Assembly: GCA_944384395.1 (NCBI GenBank)
Contig: CALWTD010000035.1
Span: forward strand, 565-64,564
Reading direction: 5' to 3'
Origin: an uncultured Clostridia bacterium
GTDB taxonomy: Bacteria; Bacillota; Clostridia; Christensenellales; UBA1242
DNA length: 64,000 nt
Below are positions 59,726 to 64,000 of this stretch, one piece after another. The notes under the pieces were generated by a model, which worked only from the letters and a program-made list of their open reading frames with translations, was not told the origin of the DNA and ran no database searches. Both the position numbers and the translations under genes were made by a program. The first letter of the stretch is position 1, and the number at the start of each line of letters is the position of its first letter.

Positions 59726-61318
59726 ATGAGCAATGTAGTTAGTGCACTTTGTGCAAGTAATGTAATTGCCTCTGTTTTTATCGGTATAGGAGCCCTTATT
59801 GCAGGGTTGGTTGTTGGATACTTTGGAACATACTTTATAAATACAAAAAAAATGGCAAAAGGCAAGGCAAATGCTGTTAAAATCTTAGAAGAAGCATATG
59901 CAGAAGCAAAAACGGTAAAAAAAGAAGCAATTCTAGAAGCAAAAGAAGAAATTCATAAATTAAGACAAGATTTTGATAAAGAAGTTAAGGATAGGAGAGT
60001 AGAACTTCAAAAAACTGAAGATAGACTCACTCAAAAAGAAGATTTTATTGATAAAAAAGACTTAAATCTTGACAAAAAACAAGAAGATTTAGATAATCAA
60101 AAGAAAATTGTTGATGAAAAATTCAACAAAGTAAATTTGTTATTAGAAGAACAAGAACAAATAAAACAAGACATGATAGTTGAACTTGAAAAAGTTGCAA
60201 CATTAAAAAAAGAAGATGCAAAACAAATTCTCATGAATTCAATGGTTGAAGATGCAAGAAAAGAAGCTGCAAAAATTGTAAAATCCATTGAAGACAATGC
60301 AATAGAAGATGCAAATAAAAAAGCACAAAATATAATTAGTTTAGCTATTCAAAAATGTGCTACTGATATGACAAGTGAAGCAACAGTCAGTGCAGTAACA
60401 ATACCAAATGACGAGATGAAAGGTAGAATCATTGGTCGTGAAGGTAGAAATATTAGAGCAATAGAAAATGTAACAGGTGTGGACTTAATTATAGATGATA
60501 CACCTGAAACAATAACAATCTCTTGTTTTGACCCAATAAGAAGAGAAGTTGCAAGACTTGCACTTGAAAAACTTATACTTGATGGAAGAATTCATCCAAC
60601 AAGAATAGAAGAGATTGTGCAAAAAGTTCAAAAAGATGTTGAGCAATCAATTAAGCAAGCAGGAGAGCAAGCAGTTGACGATGCTGGTGTATATGGAATG
60701 CATCCAGAATTAGTAAAGGTTTTGGGAAGATTAAAGTATAGAACAAGTTATGGTCAAAATTGTTTAAAGCATAGTTTGGAAACTTGTTATATTGCAGGAT
60801 TACTTGCTGCTGAGATTGGTGCAGATGTGAAAGTTGCAAAACGTGGTGGTCTTCTTCACGATATAGGTAAAGCCCTAGACCATGAAGTTGAAGGAACTCA
60901 TGTAACAATTGGAGTTGACCTCGCAAAAAAATATAAAGAATCACCAGAAGTTATACATTGCATTGAAGCACACCATTTTAATGTTGAATTTCATAGTGTA
61001 GAAGCAATACTTGTTCAAGTAGCAGATGCAATTTCTAGTTCAAGACCAGGAGCAAGGAGAGAAACATTAGACGCATATGTAAAACGTCTTGAAAAATTAG
61101 AAGAAATTGCGAACTCGTTTAAAGGTGTTGAAAAATCTTATGCAGTACAAGCAGGTAGAGAAGTTAGAATAATTGTAAAACCAGAAGAAATTAGTGATGC
61201 AGATGCGATGTTTTTGGCAAAAGATATTGCAAAAAGAGTTGAAGATGAAATGGAATATCCAGGACAAATTAAAGTCAATGTTATTCGAGAAAGTAGATTT
61301 GCAGAATTTGCAAAATAA
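59726..61318 (+). CDS. rny: Ribonuclease Y
   Basis: N-terminal TM, a coiled coil, KH ([13 protein letters not shown]) and HD (GLLHDIGKA) domains. AAGAGG RBS. Confidence 0.95.
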   Translation: MSNVVSALCASNVIASVFIGIGALIAGLVVGYFGTYFINTKKMAKGKANAVKILEEAYAEAKTVKKEAILEAKEEIHKLRQDFDKEVKDRRVELQKTEDRLTQKEDFIDKKDLNLDKKQEDLDNQKKIVDEKFNKVNLLLEEQEQIKQDMIVELEKVATLKKEDAKQILMNSMVEDARKEAAKIVKSIEDNAIEDANKKAQNIISLAIQKCATDMTSEATVSAVTIPNDEMKGRIIGREGRNIRAIENVTGVDLIIDDTPETITISCFDPIRREVARLALEKLILDGRIHPTRIEEIVQKVQKDVEQSIKQAGEQAVDDAGVYGMHPELVKVLGRLKYRTSYGQNCLKHSLETCYIAGLLAAEIGADVKVAKRGGLLHDIGKALDHEVEGTHVTIGVDLAKKYKESPEVIHCIEAHHFNVEFHSVEAILVQVADAISSSRPGARRETLDAYVKRLEKLEEIANSFKGVEKSYAVQAGREVRIIVKPEEISDADAMFLAKDIAKRVEDEMEYPGQIKVNVIRESRFAEFAK

Positions 61319-61323
61319 AAATA

Positions 61324-61357
61324 TAAAAAAATATGCGAAGGCTCGCATATTTTTTTA
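61324..61357. terminator. Bidirectional rho-independent terminator
   Basis: A-run, stem ATATGCGA / TCGCATAT, then T-run. Overlaps the stop of the convergent minus-strand gene. Confidence 0.8.
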
Positions 61358-63430
61358 TTTCAAATTAATAACATTGCTTTTATATAAAATGTAATTCACC
61401 AAGTTTAATAAAGGATAATGTAAACTAAATATACTTATATATAAAAATGTTGTTATATATTTATTAGTGTCATTAAATGACATACCACATAGCAAATTTA
61501 TTGAAAATACAATCATTATAAAAATTATAGACATAAGTATTTTATACATAAAGTTGAAATTAAACACGTTGTTTTTGTTAGTGACTGCATTTCTATTTTT
61601 TATAAATTTTATTGCATAAAATGTTGTAATTCCTAATGCGATAGCAGGCAACAATAAATACAAGAAATTCCAATTAGGTTGTTGTTGTTTAAATAAGCAA
61701 AACAGCACAATAGATTCAATTATTATTAAAATAGAAATGGACATATATGAAATAAAATTCATTTTATTTATTTTTACATAATTTAAATTGTGTGAATTGG
61801 TTTGTTTTTTATAAATGTTAAATTTTAATCCATATTCACTATAATAATTTTTTAATGAACTTAAATCATTGTAATATGGTGGTTTTTGTTTTTCTTGAAT
61901 TATAGTATTTGTATCATTTTCTTCTTTATCAAAATTTTCATTTATTTCATTTTCTTTATGATAATGTGCAGAAATTTTATTATTTATACTATCAACATAA
62001 TTGCGAGCATAATTTTCAAATCGTGCTGGTGCAATTTTTTTAACTTTTGGGATATTAGAAAAATCGGGTTTATCAGTGATTAGTACAGCATCATCTTTAT
62101 TTGAAATAGGTGATAATGGTTCAGGTATGTCATTTTCTACTCGTTTATTTTCGTGTATTATATCATCATTATTTAACAATGCATCATTATTTATAAAAGA
62201 AATGTCTTTGTTTGAGTTTTGTTCGTTATTTTCTTCTTTATTGATAAAAGAAGACGAATTCGCTTCTTTTGGTTCACTTGAATATTCAATATTATTTAAG
62301 TCAATAAACTCTACATTTGAAGATGAATTATTATTAATTTCGTTGTTATTGATGTATTCGTCTTCATTGTCATATTTCGTTGTTTGATATATTGTTGGTT
62401 TTTGCTCAAATATATTGTTATCAGTGTTGTAAACAGTTTTTTGATTTACTATATTTATATCATCATTTTGTTTAGTATTCTTGTTCGTATCATTATTTTC
62501 TACTTTGCTTTTTAAAATTTGCTCCAAGTTCAAGGTAGTTTCTTCAATTGCGTCATTTGTTGACATTGAGTCAACAATAGGCAAAGTTTCTAAATTTTTT
62601 AAACTTAACTCGTTGTTTACAAATTCTTTTTTAATATTGTCATTATAAACTTCATTATCTTTTACAGCTTCAACAAAACTTTTTTGTTTTTTAGAAAGTT
62701 CATAAAAATTCTTTTTTATTTCGTCAATATTTTTTGTGTTATGTATATTGTAATTATCTGCTACATACGATGTTTTTATTTCTTCATTTTTATAATTGCG
62801 TAAATTTGACAAATTGTCTATTTTATCATTTGTGTCTTCTTTTTTTATATCTGCAGATTCTCGTAATGTTTTTATAGAATCAAAAACTTCATTTGATGGT
62901 TCTGAAATTAGTGTAGGGGAAGTAAACAAATCAAATTGGACAAAATTATGAGTTTCTTGAATTGGTTCTTCTTTATATTCTTCTTTTTCTACAATTTTAT
63001 TTTTAAATAAATTTTCTTGTTGAAGAATTGTTCCTTGACTTATATTTTGTTGATTTGTTTCTTGATTTATATTTTGTTGATTTGTTTCTTGATTTATATT
63101 TTCATTTACTTTTATATTTTCATTATAATCAGTAGTTGAAAATACACTTAAATCTGTTTGCCATTTTTCTGCGTACTTTTTGCCATAGTCTGTTATACTA
63201 TAATAATGTCTGCGTCCGCCAATTTCGCTATCTCTCCAATATGAAGAAATTAAACCTTGTTCTTCCATTCGTCTTAAACTGCTATAAAGACTTGGTTGCT
63301 TTATAATAACATTACCATTAGTTTTTTCTTTGATTGTATCAATTATTTCATAACCATATTTATCGGTGTCTAGTAGTGTAGACAAAATAATGTTCGACAG
63401 TTGACCTCTTGGAATTTCTTCTTTTGGCAT
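61355..63430 (-). CDS. PadR-family wHTH domain fused to a long low-complexity linker and a C-terminal 4-TM anchor
   Basis: N-terminus ILSTLLDTDKYGYEIIDTIKEKTNG...SLYSSLRRMEEQGLISSYWRDSEIGGRRHYYSITDYG is PadR-like. This is followed by about 440 aa of N/E/K/D-rich sequence and four hydrophobic helices in the last 135 aa or so. AAGGA RBS. Confidence 0.75.
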   Translation of the reverse strand: MPKEEIPRGQLSNIILSTLLDTDKYGYEIIDTIKEKTNGNVIIKQPSLYSSLRRMEEQGLISSYWRDSEIGGRRHYYSITDYGKKYAEKWQTDLSVFSTTDYNENIKVNENINQETNQQNINQETNQQNISQGTILQQENLFKNKIVEKEEYKEEPIQETHNFVQFDLFTSPTLISEPSNEVFDSIKTLRESADIKKEDTNDKIDNLSNLRNYKNEEIKTSYVADNYNIHNTKNIDEIKKNFYELSKKQKSFVEAVKDNEVYNDNIKKEFVNNELSLKNLETLPIVDSMSTNDAIEETTLNLEQILKSKVENNDTNKNTKQNDDINIVNQKTVYNTDNNIFEQKPTIYQTTKYDNEDEYINNNEINNNSSSNVEFIDLNNIEYSSEPKEANSSSFINKEENNEQNSNKDISFINNDALLNNDDIIHENKRVENDIPEPLSPISNKDDAVLITDKPDFSNIPKVKKIAPARFENYARNYVDSINNKISAHYHKENEINENFDKEENDTNTIIQEKQKPPYYNDLSSLKNYYSEYGLKFNIYKKQTNSHNLNYVKINKMNFISYMSISILIIIESIVLFCLFKQQQPNWNFLYLLLPAIALGITTFYAIKFIKNRNAVTNKNNVFNFNFMYKILMSIIFIMIVFSINLLCGMSFNDTNKYITTFLYISIFSLHYPLLNLVNYILYKSNVINLK
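63034..63102 (-). repeat. 27-nt in-frame tandem repeat (2.5 copies) inside the PadR-fusion gene
   Basis: Plus-strand unit CTTGATTTATATTTTGTTGATTTGTTT at 63034-63060 (1 mismatch) and 63061-63087, with a partial copy at 63088-63102. It encodes NINQETNQQ repeats. Confidence 0.9.
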
Positions 63431-63573
63431 TTTTGTTTCCTTTTATCTTAATTATTTATCAGTTAGAGTATAATATACAAATATACTGAATGTCAATGTT
63501 TTTAAGGGTATTATGTTTTTGCATAGTACTAAAAATGCTTTGCATAGTACCATAAATGTAGTATTATAAATGT

Positions 63574-64000
63574 ATGGAAATAACTATAAAAAGAAGTAGA
63601 AGAAAAAGTGTAGCAATAAAGATAGGTGAAAATGGCAATATTAAATTTTTATGTCCAAATAAATTTTCGTTAAAAAATATAAACAAAATTTTAGAAGAAA
63701 AAAAAGATTGGATACAAAAAACAATCCACAAAATAAATGAAAAACAAAAAATTTATGAATCCTATTACAATTATGAAAAAATTCTTTTTTTGGGTAAATC
63801 ATATAACATAGAACAAGAAAATAATATAATTCAAATAGGTAATAATACAATAAAAATAAGGGGAAACAACATAAAAAATTTACTAAAAAAATGGTTAATA
63901 AAACAATCAAATTATTTAAGTGAAAGATTAGAAAAATTAGCAAAAATCTATAATTTTAGTTATAAATCTACAACTATTATATCAGCAAGAAAAAAATGGG
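63574..64000 (+). CDS. YgjP-like (DUF45 / M48-related) metal-dependent hydrolase, N-terminal part (3' end outside window)
   Basis: Open frame from the ATG at 63574 to the window edge. MEITIKRSRRKSVAIKIGENGNIKFLCPNKFSLKNINKILEEKKDWIQK... ending ISARKKW matches the DUF45 N-terminal pattern (the next residues, GSC, are expected just outside the window). Confidence 0.65.
   Translation, partial: MEITIKRSRRKSVAIKIGENGNIKFLCPNKFSLKNINKILEEKKDWIQKTIHKINEKQKIYESYYNYEKILFLGKSYNIEQENNIIQIGNNTIKIRGNNIKNLLKKWLIKQSNYLSERLEKLAKIYNFSYKSTTIISARKKW

Noticed and set aside
63034-63102. Short direct repeats as a possible CRISPR array
   Set aside because: The repeats are contiguous with no spacers, number only 2.5 copies, and lie in frame within a CDS. 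No cas genes are present in the window.

Overview
Visibly AT-rich chromosomal segment that looks like the core genome of a spore-forming Firmicute (Clostridia-like), read with the standard code 11 (TGA is a stop; TTA sits at conserved Leu positions). It is densely packed with about 58 CDS, nearly all conserved housekeeping genes in familiar operons. In order: fhs; infC-rpmI-rplT behind an L20-type leader with an ATT start on infC; a TrmH-family methylase and yebC; ruvCAB-queA-tgt-yajC; secDF; recJ-rel-hemZ; rpsO-pnp; rnr; a YlxY-like deacetylase; ftsK-rimO-pgsA-cinA-recA; a class A PBP; miaB-mutS-mutL-miaA plus a YnbB-like gene; spoIIAA-spoIIAB-sigF; a tRNA cluster (Pro, CAU, Asp, a Phe-like tRNA, a Thr-like relic, Tyr); spoVAC-AD-AE and yunB; an RluA-family synthase; T-box-controlled pheST; a cysteine desulfurase with thiI; and rny. 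I found no transposase, integrase, CRISPR array, prophage or recognisable defence or toxin island, so I cannot support a claim of a large novel system in this window. The points worth a second look are local. (1) A class-I, Phe-type tRNA carries anticodon UAA, and a decayed Thr-like tRNA lies downstream of it in the same operon. (2) A roughly 300-nt G+C-enriched, ORF-free, hairpin-rich leader or ncRNA candidate sits behind a near-consensus promoter upstream of a YgjV-like membrane protein, and I cannot assign it to a known RNA family. (3) The long RSH (Rel) has lost every recognisable HD hydrolase motif. (4) MiaB ends before its TRAM domain. (5) A 691-aa protein fuses a PadR domain to a repeat-containing linker and a 4-TM anchor, with direct repeats in its divergent promoter region. 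(6) A 16-nt motif containing a perfect 12-bp palindrome occurs identically in front of two neighbouring hypothetical genes. All functional calls come from motif and synteny recognition by eye; no database search was run.
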